Shown: positions 1 through 9,900 of the stretch, one piece after another
Layout: each line of letters starts with the position of its first letter
Numbering within the stretch: position 1 is the stretch's first letter
Assembly: GCA_965249025.1 (NCBI GenBank)
Contig: OZ252215.1
Span: 83,209-147,208, forward strand
Reading direction: 5' to 3'
Length of the DNA: 64,000 nt
From: Dehalococcoidia bacterium
GTDB taxonomy: Bacteria; Chloroflexota; Dehalococcoidia; Lucifugimonadales; CAYTFF01
The notes under the pieces: model-generated
Database searches by the model: none
The model's input: only the letters and a program-made list of their open reading frames with translations
Told to the model about the DNA's origin: nothing
Position numbers and translations under genes: made by a program

Positions 1-132
1 CCTCAAGAGCCTCCAGAAGATAGCGTTACAGAAGAGGACAAGCTGGAGGGTCAATTGCAAGAGCCTGTTCAGGAAGCCTCTGATGATCAAGTCGATGACG
101 ATCAAGCTCCGAAGCAGGACAGCACTCAATAA
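1..132 (+). CDS. 3' end of an upstream gene (acidic C-terminal tail), product unknown
   Basis: Frame 1 is open from the window edge to TAA at 130-132 (...EEDKLEGQLQEPVQEASDDQVDDDQAPKQDSTQ*). No start is visible and the sequence is low-complexity. Confidence 0.3.
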   Translation, partial: PQEPPEDSVTEEDKLEGQLQEPVQEASDDQVDDDQAPKQDSTQ

Positions 133-221
133 GTAAGGCATCGAGTTGGCCAATGGCTGGCTCTTTATTCCCTTGGTTGAAGGGATTATAGATAGTACAT
201 CTATTTGTGTGGTGGGAGACT

Positions 222-1289
222 ATGGCTTCAAAAAAGGATCCATTTAGAGGATTTAGGTCTGTCAGGCGTGAAAGGCTGTCTAGGCGTCAGCAGGAGAGAC
301 GAAAGCAGCGAATAGCGTTTGGGTTCATTGTGGGGTTCATCTTACTAGTCCTGGGCGTTATAGCCTATGGTTACTTTACCACTTTCGTATTTCCCCCTCG
401 GCAGCTTATAGTGAGAGTAGATGATACCAGATATACCATGGGGGATATGATTAAGATCCTCAGGATGATGCAGCGTGGCTCTGAGTTCTTCGGCCAGAGG
501 ATGGATCTCTCCACCGTACCCTTCCAGATCCCGTTGTCCTTGGCTCAGCGAGAAATCATAGCGAATTCTGTGCCTCGTTTCAATATCAATGTAACGGATG
601 AAGAGATAGACCAGGAGATTAGGAGTCGCCTTCTTCCCAGCATTCCTGAAGGACAGGAGGTAGACCAGGAGCAGTTGGATCGGGAGTTTACGGAAAGGTA
701 TCGTCAATATCTCAACGCTATACAGTTTTCAGTGGCGGAGTATATGGACCTTGTCAAGGCTGATCTGGAGAGGGAAAAGGTTAGGGAGATAGTGGGACAG
801 GACGTGCCTAGAGTAGCGGAGCAGATTCACATAAACGCTATTGCAATGGGGCCTAGTGACGAATACGAGATTCTCAAGTCCAAGTTTGAGGATGGCACTC
901 CCTGGGAGCAGTTGGTGGTTGAGTTTAACCAAGACCCTACGCTAGCCGGCGAAAAAGGCGACTTGGGCTGGTTTCCTAGGGAAGTTCTTGAGACTTTGGA
1001 TGACATGCTATTTGGCCTAGAGATTGGCGAACTCAGCGAGCCAATCTTTGACCAGAATAGTAGGGTTGTGTACATGGTATCGGAGAAAGCAGATGCCAGG
1101 GAGTTGGATGAGGAAGACAGGGAGGCTCTGAAGACCAGGGCTATGCAGAAGTGGCTTGACGAGCAGTGGGACAAGTTCGATATCGAGACCAACTTCACAT
1201 CAGATGACTACGCCTGGGTGACTAAACAACTTGGCATATCCACCATACTTGCGGCACCACAGCAGCAGCCGAATCCGCTTGCCCAGTAG
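222..1289 (+). CDS. membrane-anchored peptidyl-prolyl cis-trans isomerase (SurA-N / parvulin PpiC type)
   Basis: Basic N-terminus followed by a TM helix (IAFGFIVGFILLVLGVIAYGYF). C-terminal parvulin-like motif KGDLGWFPREVL...LFGLEIGELSEP. ATG 222 follows GGGAG; the track ORF opens at GTG 207. Confidence 0.7.
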   Translation: MASKKDPFRGFRSVRRERLSRRQQERRKQRIAFGFIVGFILLVLGVIAYGYFTTFVFPPRQLIVRVDDTRYTMGDMIKILRMMQRGSEFFGQRMDLSTVPFQIPLSLAQREIIANSVPRFNINVTDEEIDQEIRSRLLPSIPEGQEVDQEQLDREFTERYRQYLNAIQFSVAEYMDLVKADLEREKVREIVGQDVPRVAEQIHINAIAMGPSDEYEILKSKFEDGTPWEQLVVEFNQDPTLAGEKGDLGWFPREVLETLDDMLFGLEIGELSEPIFDQNSRVVYMVSEKADARELDEEDREALKTRAMQKWLDEQWDKFDIETNFTSDDYAWVTKQLGISTILAAPQQQPNPLAQ

Positions 1290-1299
1290 AGGAGTAGGA

Positions 1300-2607
1300 T
1301 TGAAGGAGCCGTCTGAGATTGGCATAGGTCTGTTGGGTATGGGGGTGGTTGGCGGCAGTGTGGTAGAGGCCCTCGTGAGGAACAGGGGGCGAATAGTCAA
1401 TCAAGTGGGGAAGCCGATAGATCTGAAGGGCGTATTAGTCAGAGACCTCAATAAGCCGCGCTCCTTTCAGGCGTCCCCGGGTATTCTCACTACCGACGCA
1501 TCCGATGTTCTTGAAAGCCCTGATATAGACATAGTTGTCGAGTTGATGGGCGGCGAACGCCCCGCTTCCGACTATATAAAAAGAGCGGTTTCTCTTGGAA
1601 AGCATGTGGTCACAGCCAACAAGGAAGTAATGGCCAAAGAGGGCCCCGAGATACTGGCTCTGGCGCAAGAGAGGGAAGTGCGTGTGCTTTTCGAGGCCAG
1701 TGTAGGAGGGGGCATTCCCGTTATTGGCCCTCTAGTCAGAGACCTAACCGCCAACGATATATTAACGATACGCGCCATCATTAACGGCACTACCAACTAC
1801 ATCGTAACTAAGATGTCTAAAGAGGGTCTGGATTTTGCGAAGGCCCTAGCCCAGGCTCAAGAGCTGGGGTATGCAGAGGCGGACCCATCTAACGATGTTG
1901 AGGGAGTGGACGCTGCCTACAAGCTGTCTATTCTCTCTACGCTGGGCTTCCATGTCCGTGTGCACGCCTCAGATGTGTATTACGAGGGCATAACTCGCCT
2001 TACAGCCAGGGACTTTAGATATGCTCAAGAGCTAGGCTACACCATTAAGCTTATGGCTATAGGGCACAAGGAAGAGGGCCATATTCAAGTTAGAGTGCAT
2101 CCGGCCTTTGTTCCCCAGGATGTTATAATGGCCAAGGTTGATGGGGCGTTCAATGGTGTGGAGATAACTGCTGATATGGTCGGGAGAGTCTTCTTCCATG
2201 GCATGGGGGCTGGGCCTCTTCCAACAAGCAGCGCGGTGGTGGCCGACGTCATAGAGATTGCCAGAGGCATTTTGCATGGTGATGCTTCGGCGTTTCCACT
2301 AATGTTGGACGACAGTTTGACGATAAGGCCAATGTCCGATCTACAGACCAAGTACTACATTAGGCTTAACCTTAAAGACAGGCCTGGGGTATTTGCCAAG
2401 ATTGGCACCTTGTTAGGCGACTTGGACATCAGCATTGCCTCTGTTATTCAGAAGGAGGTAGATGAAGAGTCGCAGACTGCTGAGGTGGTTATCATGACAC
2501 ATCCCGCCAAGGAGGCCGCTGTGCAACTGGCTCTACAGGGGATGAAGGACATGGACGTTGTCAGGGAAATTGGTAATATGGTTCGTGTAGAGGAGTGGCT
2601 CTCCTAG
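1300..2607 (+). CDS. hom: homoserine dehydrogenase
   Basis: N-terminal NAD fold IGIGLLGMGVVGGSV, central homoserine dehydrogenase catalytic region and a C-terminal ACT-like domain (YYIRLNLKDRPGVFAKIGTLLGD). TTG 1300 is preceded by GGAG; the track ORF extends upstream to 1231 and overlaps the previous gene. Confidence 0.9.
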   Translation: MKEPSEIGIGLLGMGVVGGSVVEALVRNRGRIVNQVGKPIDLKGVLVRDLNKPRSFQASPGILTTDASDVLESPDIDIVVELMGGERPASDYIKRAVSLGKHVVTANKEVMAKEGPEILALAQEREVRVLFEASVGGGIPVIGPLVRDLTANDILTIRAIINGTTNYIVTKMSKEGLDFAKALAQAQELGYAEADPSNDVEGVDAAYKLSILSTLGFHVRVHASDVYYEGITRLTARDFRYAQELGYTIKLMAIGHKEEGHIQVRVHPAFVPQDVIMAKVDGAFNGVEITADMVGRVFFHGMGAGPLPTSSAVVADVIEIARGILHGDASAFPLMLDDSLTIRPMSDLQTKYYIRLNLKDRPGVFAKIGTLLGDLDISIASVIQKEVDEESQTAEVVIMTHPAKEAAVQLALQGMKDMDVVREIGNMVRVEEWLS

Positions 2608-2705
2608 CGCAAGATGGATACGTTGATTTTATTGGCTTGTGACGACATCTCGAAATGCTTTAGGTATACTGGCCACGGATATCATCGATACGCTAATGGT
2701 GCAGC

Positions 2706-3764
2706 ATGAAAGACGGGGTCCTCAAGAGATATCGCCGATTTCTCCCTATAACTGACGATACACCTCTTTTCACCTTGGGTGAGGGAGATACACCTCTAGT
2801 CAAGTCCCACAGGCTTGGCAAGGAGATAGGATGCGAAGAGCTGTATTTCAAGCTTGAGGGGTGTAATCCGTCGGGGTCTTTTAAGGACAGGGGAATGGTG
2901 ATGGCGGTGGCCAAGGCCCTAGAAGACAAGAGCGCTGGATTGATATGCGCGTCTACAGGGAATACCAGCGCTTCTGCGGCTGCCTATGGGGCCAGATGCG
3001 GCTTGCCCACCATAGTCCTTGTCCCAAAGGGTAACATAGCAAGAGGGAAGCTTGTTCAAGCTATAGCATACGGCGCTCGGATAATGCTCGTTGAGGGCAC
3101 TTTTGACGAAGCCCTACGCATGTTGAGGGAATTGGACAAAGAGAATCCCCTGACCCTGGTTAATTCTATTAACCCATATCGGTTGAAAGGTCAGAAGACC
3201 GCTGCCTTTGAAATAGTTGACGACTTGGGAGACGCTCCAGAATACCTGTTTATTCCTGTAGGCAACGCTGGTAATATAACAGCCTACTGGATGGGCTTTA
3301 AGGAATATTTCGAAGATGGCCTGGCGACTCGTCTTCCCCGCATGATGGGGTTCCAGGCGGAGGGAGCGGCCCCCATAGTTCATGGACACGTTGTTGAGCA
3401 TCCTGAGACCGTGGCTTCGGCTATACGCATAGGAAATCCCGCCAGTTGGGACAAGGCGCTAAAGGCCAAGGATGAGTCTAAGGGCCTGATAGATACGGTT
3501 TCTGACGCCCAAATAATAGAGGCTTATAAACTGCTCTCCCAGCGTGAGGGCATATTCTGTGAGCCAGCTTCTGCCGCCTCTCTGGCAGGTGTGATAAAAC
3601 TCTCTAGTAGCGGAGTGCATCTAAGAGATAAAAGGATAGTCTGTGTGATTACGGGGTCGGGGCTTAAAGACCCCGACTTGGTCACCAAGTATGCCGACTC
3701 TTCCATTGAAGAGTTGCCATCGGATTTATTCAAAGTAAAAGAGGCTCTGACTGCTGCCATCTAA
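2706..3764 (+). CDS. thrC: threonine synthase
   Basis: PLP-lysine motif NPSGSFKDRG, TGNTSAS, length 352 aa, located next to hom. Confidence 0.9.
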   Translation: MKDGVLKRYRRFLPITDDTPLFTLGEGDTPLVKSHRLGKEIGCEELYFKLEGCNPSGSFKDRGMVMAVAKALEDKSAGLICASTGNTSASAAAYGARCGLPTIVLVPKGNIARGKLVQAIAYGARIMLVEGTFDEALRMLRELDKENPLTLVNSINPYRLKGQKTAAFEIVDDLGDAPEYLFIPVGNAGNITAYWMGFKEYFEDGLATRLPRMMGFQAEGAAPIVHGHVVEHPETVASAIRIGNPASWDKALKAKDESKGLIDTVSDAQIIEAYKLLSQREGIFCEPASAASLAGVIKLSSSGVHLRDKRIVCVITGSGLKDPDLVTKYADSSIEELPSDLFKVKEALTAAI

Positions 3765-3783
3765 CTCTGATGAGGCCCCCTGC

Positions 3784-4344
3784 TTGTTTCAGGAAGACCG
3801 TATAAGGGAATCTATTCTTGCCGTCATCCAGGCTATAGGAGATAACCCGGACCGTGAGGGTCTGAGAGAGACTCCTCGCCGAGTGGCCGAGATGTACCGT
3901 GATCTGTTTTCTGGACTAGGCCAGGACGCAAGGTCTGTGCTGGCTGCTGGGTTTGAGGAGGGGCACCAGGAGCTGGTTACCCTCAAGAACATACCATTCT
4001 ACTCTATGTGCGAGCATCACCTGCTCCCATTTTTTGGGAGCGCTCATATTGGATACATACCCAGAGGGAGGGTGGTAGGAGCGAGCACGTTGGCCCAGGT
4101 TGTTGACATAATAGCGCACCGACCGCAGATACAGGAGCGTCTAACCAATCAAGTGGCAGATGTCATTTTTGAGGCCATAAGCCCAGAGGGGGTGGCTGTG
4201 CTGGTGGAGGCGGAACACCTTTGCATGTCCATGAGAGGAGTGAAGAAGCCAGGCATGGTGCTTCTCACCTCTGCTACCAGGGGTGAGTTCAGCAGCAGAG
4301 CGGCTAGCCCTGCAGAATTCCTTAGGCTGTTGAAAGATAGTTGA
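3784..4344 (+). CDS. folE: GTP cyclohydrolase I
   Basis: Signature FYSMCEHHLLPFFG and REGLRETPRRVAEMY; 186 aa. Confidence 0.9.
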   Translation: MFQEDRIRESILAVIQAIGDNPDREGLRETPRRVAEMYRDLFSGLGQDARSVLAAGFEEGHQELVTLKNIPFYSMCEHHLLPFFGSAHIGYIPRGRVVGASTLAQVVDIIAHRPQIQERLTNQVADVIFEAISPEGVAVLVEAEHLCMSMRGVKKPGMVLLTSATRGEFSSRAASPAEFLRLLKDS

Positions 4345-5321
4345 TGATACACGGAGCCGTTAAGAATCAGGGATTTGAAGAATTGCATGAGCAGTGGGAG
4401 CGTATTTTACCTTATAGCGCCGCTAACTCGATATTCCTGACGCCCCACTGGCAGCGTATATGGTGGGAGGAGTTTGGAGCCGACTCCCAACTCTGTCTAT
4501 TGGCGATACCAACGGACTCTGTACATGGCGTAGCTCCCTTGATGATTAGCGATGGAATCATCACGTTCCTGGGAGATACCGATCTCTTTGATTATCACGA
4601 TTTCCTGGTGCCTGAAGGACTGGAGGAGGGGTTTTTTCATTTCCTGGTTGACTATTTGGAGGCTATGGACTGGCGATCGATCGATCTGCGTTCCATACGA
4701 GGCGGCTCTCCTACTATAGGGATGTTGTCGTCCCTGGCTAAGGATAAGGGCTATGAGGTGGAGGTAAGCGAGGAGGATGTTTCTCCAGGGATGGTTCTTC
4801 CCGATTCCTGGGAGGAGTTTGTCACAAGCCTTTCTAAGAAGGATCGCCATGAATTGCGAAGGAAAATACGTCGCTTGGAGAGAGAGGGTGAGGTTCGGCT
4901 GCATGCGCTCACCGATCCGGAGCAGATCTCAGAGGGCATCGACGACTTTCTAAGACTCCTCCGTATGAGTCGCACGGACAAGGCCGAGTTTATGATCCCT
5001 GAGAGGGAGAAATTTTTTAGAAAGGCTACTCAAGAGCTTGCGAAAAAGCAGCAGGTTAGACTGTATTTCCTTGAGTTGAACGGTGTTCGGGTAGCGTCGG
5101 CTCTGTGCTTCGATTATTCTGGGACCTTCTATTTGTACAACAGTGGGTACGACCCCGAATACTCTTCTCTCAGCGTCGGCCTCGTGAGCAAGGCCCTCTG
5201 CGTCAAGGATGCCATAGAGGAGGGGAGGCATTTCTTCGATTTTCTCAGAGGCGCGGAGCCTTATAAGTATCACCTTGGTGGCAGGGACAGAATCCTATTT
5301 AGGATGGTAATTAGCAAGTAG
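4341..5321 (+). CDS. GNAT-superfamily acetyltransferase (CelD/BioF2-like type)
   Basis: C-terminal FDFLRGAEPYKYHLGG is typical of the CelD/BioF2-like acetyltransferase domain. The start overlaps the folE stop by 4 nt. Confidence 0.6.
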   Translation: MMIHGAVKNQGFEELHEQWERILPYSAANSIFLTPHWQRIWWEEFGADSQLCLLAIPTDSVHGVAPLMISDGIITFLGDTDLFDYHDFLVPEGLEEGFFHFLVDYLEAMDWRSIDLRSIRGGSPTIGMLSSLAKDKGYEVEVSEEDVSPGMVLPDSWEEFVTSLSKKDRHELRRKIRRLEREGEVRLHALTDPEQISEGIDDFLRLLRMSRTDKAEFMIPEREKFFRKATQELAKKQQVRLYFLELNGVRVASALCFDYSGTFYLYNSGYDPEYSSLSVGLVSKALCVKDAIEEGRHFFDFLRGAEPYKYHLGGRDRILFRMVISK

Positions 5322-5420
5322 CGCTATCCAAGAACTCTATTATATGTGTATTGACATGCGTGTAAGAATAAACCCTAGCCAATGTTCAGCTTTATTCAAG
5401 CTGAGCTTTTGGAGGTGAAG

Positions 5421-6644
5421 GTGTACAGGATTGCCATAATTAGTTTCCATGGTTGCCCTGTGGCTCGATTGGGAGAGAGAGACACGGGGGGTATGAATGT
5501 ATACGTCTTGCAGACCGCCAGGGAGTTGGGGAAACGCGGTCATATGGTGGATATCTATACCCGCTACCACGACTCAAAGGATTCGCAGATCACGAAGTTG
5601 GATAACAACGTCAGGGTAATACATCTGGAGGCTGGGCCTTACGGTGAATCTAAGGAGAACCTGTCTCTCTATATACCGAAGTTCTTAAGAGGTCTTTACG
5701 CCTTCCAAAGTTCGCATAACCTTGAGTATGACCTGGTACACTCTCATTACTGGCTTTCCGGTAAGGTTGGCTTGGACCTGGCTCAGCAATGGGGCGTTCC
5801 CCACGTGGCGTGTTTTCACACTCTGGCCAAGATCAAGCAAATAGCGAGAGCAGGCGAAAGGGCCTCGGCCAGCCGGGTAGCCGGAGAGTGGGAGGTCATG
5901 AGCAAGGCTGACGCTGTTGTCAGCTTGAGCCGCTACGAAAAAGAGGATATGGTTCGCCTCTATGGCGCCGATCCAAATAAGATTAGAGTGATTCCTGGAG
6001 GCGTTGACCTGGATATGTTCAAGCCAATGGACATGGTTAAGGCCAGAAAGCAGCTAGGGCTGAAGGATACCAACCTAGTCCTCTACGTCGGACGCATCGA
6101 GCGCCTGAAGGGTATTGATATATTGATAGACGCACTGGCCAAAATGGATGACAGAGCCGACACTCGGCTACTTATCATCGGAGGCAACCCCGTGAAGGAT
6201 AATGAGCTCTTGCGACTTCGGAAGATGACTCAAAGATTGAACATGGAACATAGGATAAGTTTCCTGGGTACTATACCTCAGGATAGGTTGCCGGAGTATT
6301 ATAGTGCGGCAAATATATGTGTGTTGCCCTCTTATTATGAGAGCTTTGGCCTTGTAGCACTGGAGTCCATGGCCTGCGGGACCCCAGTCATAGCCTCCCG
6401 AGTAGGAGGGCTGCAAACCATAGTCAAGAATGGAAGGACGGGCTATCTGATTCCCTGGCGATGTCCTGATCCATTTGTAGAACGTATGGAGATGCTAATG
6501 GGAAACAGAACGCTTCAACAGGCCATGGGTGTGGCAGCACGAGCGGAGGCCGAGAAGATGAGTTGGGGCTTTGTTGTGGACATGATGGAAGGTCTCTACG
6601 GCTCGTTAACGGACGCCTTATGGACCAGCGCCGCAGGCAAATGA
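5421..6644 (+). CDS. family-4 glycosyltransferase, MshA-like N-terminal signature
   Basis: RIAIISFHGCPVARLGERDTGGMNVYVLQTARELGKRGHMVDIYTR resembles the MshA-type GT4 N-terminus. C-terminal GT1 motif ESFGLVALESMACGTPV. GTG 5421 follows GGAGG at 5-nt spacing; the track ORF starts at ATG 5382. Confidence 0.8.
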   Translation: MYRIAIISFHGCPVARLGERDTGGMNVYVLQTARELGKRGHMVDIYTRYHDSKDSQITKLDNNVRVIHLEAGPYGESKENLSLYIPKFLRGLYAFQSSHNLEYDLVHSHYWLSGKVGLDLAQQWGVPHVACFHTLAKIKQIARAGERASASRVAGEWEVMSKADAVVSLSRYEKEDMVRLYGADPNKIRVIPGGVDLDMFKPMDMVKARKQLGLKDTNLVLYVGRIERLKGIDILIDALAKMDDRADTRLLIIGGNPVKDNELLRLRKMTQRLNMEHRISFLGTIPQDRLPEYYSAANICVLPSYYESFGLVALESMACGTPVIASRVGGLQTIVKNGRTGYLIPWRCPDPFVERMEMLMGNRTLQQAMGVAARAEAEKMSWGFVVDMMEGLYGSLTDALWTSAAGK

Positions 6645-6661
6645 TAGCGGCGCCTCCGACC

Positions 6662-6820
6662 TTGCACAAAAAGTCCTCGTTTTCGCCTATACTGTGACAG
6701 CAAACCTTGATTATCCCACCCGCTCCACTCTAGGATTGTATGTGTGGGACACCCCCAGACTCCCGCCAGAGAACCCAGGTTCTCTGGACTCTCCAGTAAG
6801 ATTCGCTTCCTGTGCAAAGC
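6662..6820. repeat. TIR-bounded ~159-nt interspersed element, copy 1 (inverted relative to copy 2 at 22131-22287)
   Basis: The reverse complement aligns along its whole length with 22131-22287. Shared core: GGAGAGTCCAGAGAACCTGG(G)TTCTCTGGC.GG.GTCTGGGGGTGT.CCC ... GTGGGTGGGATA.TC.AGGT. Ends are TTGCACA.../...TGTGCAA. Confidence 0.85.
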
Positions 6821-6993
6821 AAGATGTATTGACCCTTGCACAAATAGTTCGGATATCATCCTGAGCGAGTCGAAAGATGAGCGGCCACATATGCACCGTT
6901 CGTGGTGAGCCCTTCGCCAAGCTCAAAACAGGCTTGCCGAACTACGAACAATACAGGTCGATTTATTTTCTCAATAACCATAAGTGGGAGGCG

Positions 6994-9900
6994 TTATACG
7001 GGTTGTTCGTTTTTCCGGCCGCTGGCGGCTAATAGCGCATCCCGTCGCGCTCGCTGCACCTCTCGTGGCGGTGGTGGCGCAACAGTAGGTTTAGGTTTCA
7101 CTTTACGGAAGTTTGGTAGGTTGGCATCCCAGTTGTCCAAGACCTCGCGGGCCTTGGGACTGCCTGTTACCTCCCAATGGCGCTCGATGAGAGCATGTAG
7201 CGTCTCTATGTCTTCGGCTGCCTCCATGGACTCCAAATCAACCATTCCTGGGTTGTAGTTCAGGCCCAGTTGATCGTCGGGGTCGAGAACGAAGGCGATG
7301 CCTCCCGACATACCAGCGCCGAGGTTTCGCCCCGTCGGGCCTAAGACGACGACCACGCCTCCGGTCATGTATTCGCAGCAGTGGTCTCCTGCGCCTTCGA
7401 CCACCGCCCACGCGCCGCTGTTTCGGATGGCCAGACGCTCTCCCGCCTGGCCCGATGCGAAGAGGTAACCACCAGTAGTGCCGTACAGCACGGTGTTGCC
7501 CATGATGACGTTCTTGTGAGGGGGAAACGTAGCGCTTTGTGGCGGTCGTATGATTATCTCCCCGCCATTCATTCCCTTGCCGACGTAGTCATTGGCTTCC
7601 CCTTCAAGGTAAAGCTGCATTCCATTGATGCAGAAGGCGCCAAAGCTTTGTCCTGCGCTGCCTTTGAAACGAAGGCTAATGGAACCATCAGGCAGTCCTT
7701 TGTCGCCGTGTTCGTGGGCGATTGCACCAGCTATGCGTGCCCCGACGGTTCTGTGAACGGTTGATATCTTGCTCTCCATAGTCACAGGCTTTCCACCTTC
7801 GATGGCTGGTCTTACCTTGGGAAGAATGTCGTCATCCAGAGGCGGAGCGTCTCTATCGTTGCGGTCCTGGGCGCAGTACCTCGGACGAGTTGCCTCTGGG
7901 TCTAGCTGTACCAGCAGTTGGCTCAAATCCAGTGTCTTTGCCCTGGGATTAGCGATGTCTTTTCTCTGAGCTAAGAGTTGAGGCCTGCTAATTATGTCCT
8001 TTAGCCTTCGAGCTCCTAAGCTGGCCAGTATACCCCTTAGCTCTTCTGCTATGAAGAAGAAGTACCGTATGACCATCTCTGGTGTGCCGAAGAACTTCTT
8101 TCTGAGGTTTGGGTCCTGGGTAGCGACGCCCACTGGGCAGGTGTTGAGATGGCACTGGCGGGCCATCTGGCAGCCGATGGACACCAGCGCAGAGGTGCCG
8201 AAGGAGTACTCCTCTGCCCCTAACATGGCGGCCACTGCCACGTCCCGGGCCGTGCGTAGACCCCCGTCAGTACGCAGGGTGACCCTACCTCTCAAGTCGT
8301 TCATGACCAGGATCTGCTGGGTCTCGGCCAGACCTAGTTCCCAAGCGCTGCCGGCGTGTTTGATGGATATCAGAGGGGATGCTCCCGTGCCCCCCTCGTG
8401 GCCGCTGATGTGGATAACGTCGGCGTAGCCTTTGGCCACGCCAGCGGCGATAGTCCCTACGCCGGCCTCTGCAACCAGCTTTACGGCCACCTTGGCCCGG
8501 GGATTGACCATCTTTAGATCGTAGATAAGCTGCGCCAGGTCCTCTATGCTGTAGATATCGTGATGCGGAGGCGGAGAGATCAGAGGCACGCCTGGTTGGG
8601 TGTGTCTTATGGCGGCTATGTGTTCCACAACCTTATGGCCAGGCAGTTGTCCACCTTCACCTGGCTTGGATCCCTGGGCCATCTTTATTTCGATCTCGTC
8701 GGCCATAGCCAAATACTCCGGGGTTACGCCAAAGCGGCCGGAGGCTACTTGTTTTATCTTGCTATTGGAGGCCTCTCTGAAGCGACGGGAGTCCTCCCCA
8801 CCTTCTCCGGTGTTACTCTTCCCGCCTATGCGGTTCATGGCTATGCCCAAGACCTCGTGAGCCTCGGGGCTGAGTGCTCCGAGGGACATAGAAGCGGTAT
8901 TGAAGTGCTTGACGATTTCCGAGGCGGGTTCTACCTCATCCAACGGCACAGCCGGGCCCAGAGGCCTGAATTCCAGGAGGTCTCTAATGGCGACTGGCTG
9001 TTCTCCTGTTACCATGTCGCGGAACTGGTTATACAACTCCTGGGTTCCGTCTTCTGCTACGGTCTTGTGGAGCGCTCTTACCATCCGCGGGTTAAAGGCA
9101 TGATGCTCTCCTTGCTTGCGGAACCGATAGTAGCCGTAGTCGTCTAATTTGCCTTTGGGTGGAGGCTCGCCGAAGGCACGTCGGTGGCGCTCCAAGGTCT
9201 CTTGGGCGATCTCCTCTAGTCCGATGCCCTTGATTGAGGAGGGCGTACCATAAAAGGCTAGGTCTACGACCTCGTCACTCAGGCCAATAACCTCGAAGAT
9301 TTGGGCGCCGTGGTAGCTGGATACGGCAGAGATCCCCATCTTGGACATAATCTTGAGGATCTGTTTTTCCAGGGTACCCTTGTAGTTGTGGAGCGCATCC
9401 TCTAGGGGCATGTCCTCTCCGTGCTCTTCTTGTACAACGTCTGTTAGGCAGGCCAAGGCCAGGTAGGGGTTAATGGCGCTTGCGCCGTACCCCAAGAGGG
9501 TGACCATGTGATGCATGTCCCTGGCTTCTCCTGTCTCCGCGATGATGCTGGCCCTCATGCCCTTGCCCTCTCGGATCAGGTGATAATGCACTGCGCCTAC
9601 CGCTAGGAGCATTGGTATAGGGGCGTGCTCTTCATCAACCCCTTTGTCACTCAAGATAATGAGAGACTTCCTTTGGTCGACTGCCTGAGATGCCTCTTCG
9701 CATATTCTATTTAGGGCATCTCTTAAACCCGTTGACCCTTGCTTTACCCCTAAAAGCGTGGGAATGGTAGCGGAAGCGAGGATTGGGTCTGCCATATTTC
9801 TTAGAGCCGACATCTCGTGGTCCAGAAGCACGGGGCTTTGTAGGTAGATGAGGCGCGCGTGTTCCTCTGACTCTTCCAGAAGGCTATGGCGGGGGCCCAG

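Noticed and set aside
6596-6859. Mutually similar ORFs 6596-6859(-), 22079-22321(+) and 22134-22388(+), which could be mistaken for a small conserved protein family (..ESPENLGSLAGVWGC..).
   Set aside because: The similarity comes from the 157-159 nt TIR-bounded DNA repeat, and it holds in more than one frame and orientation. They are best explained as non-coding repeats.
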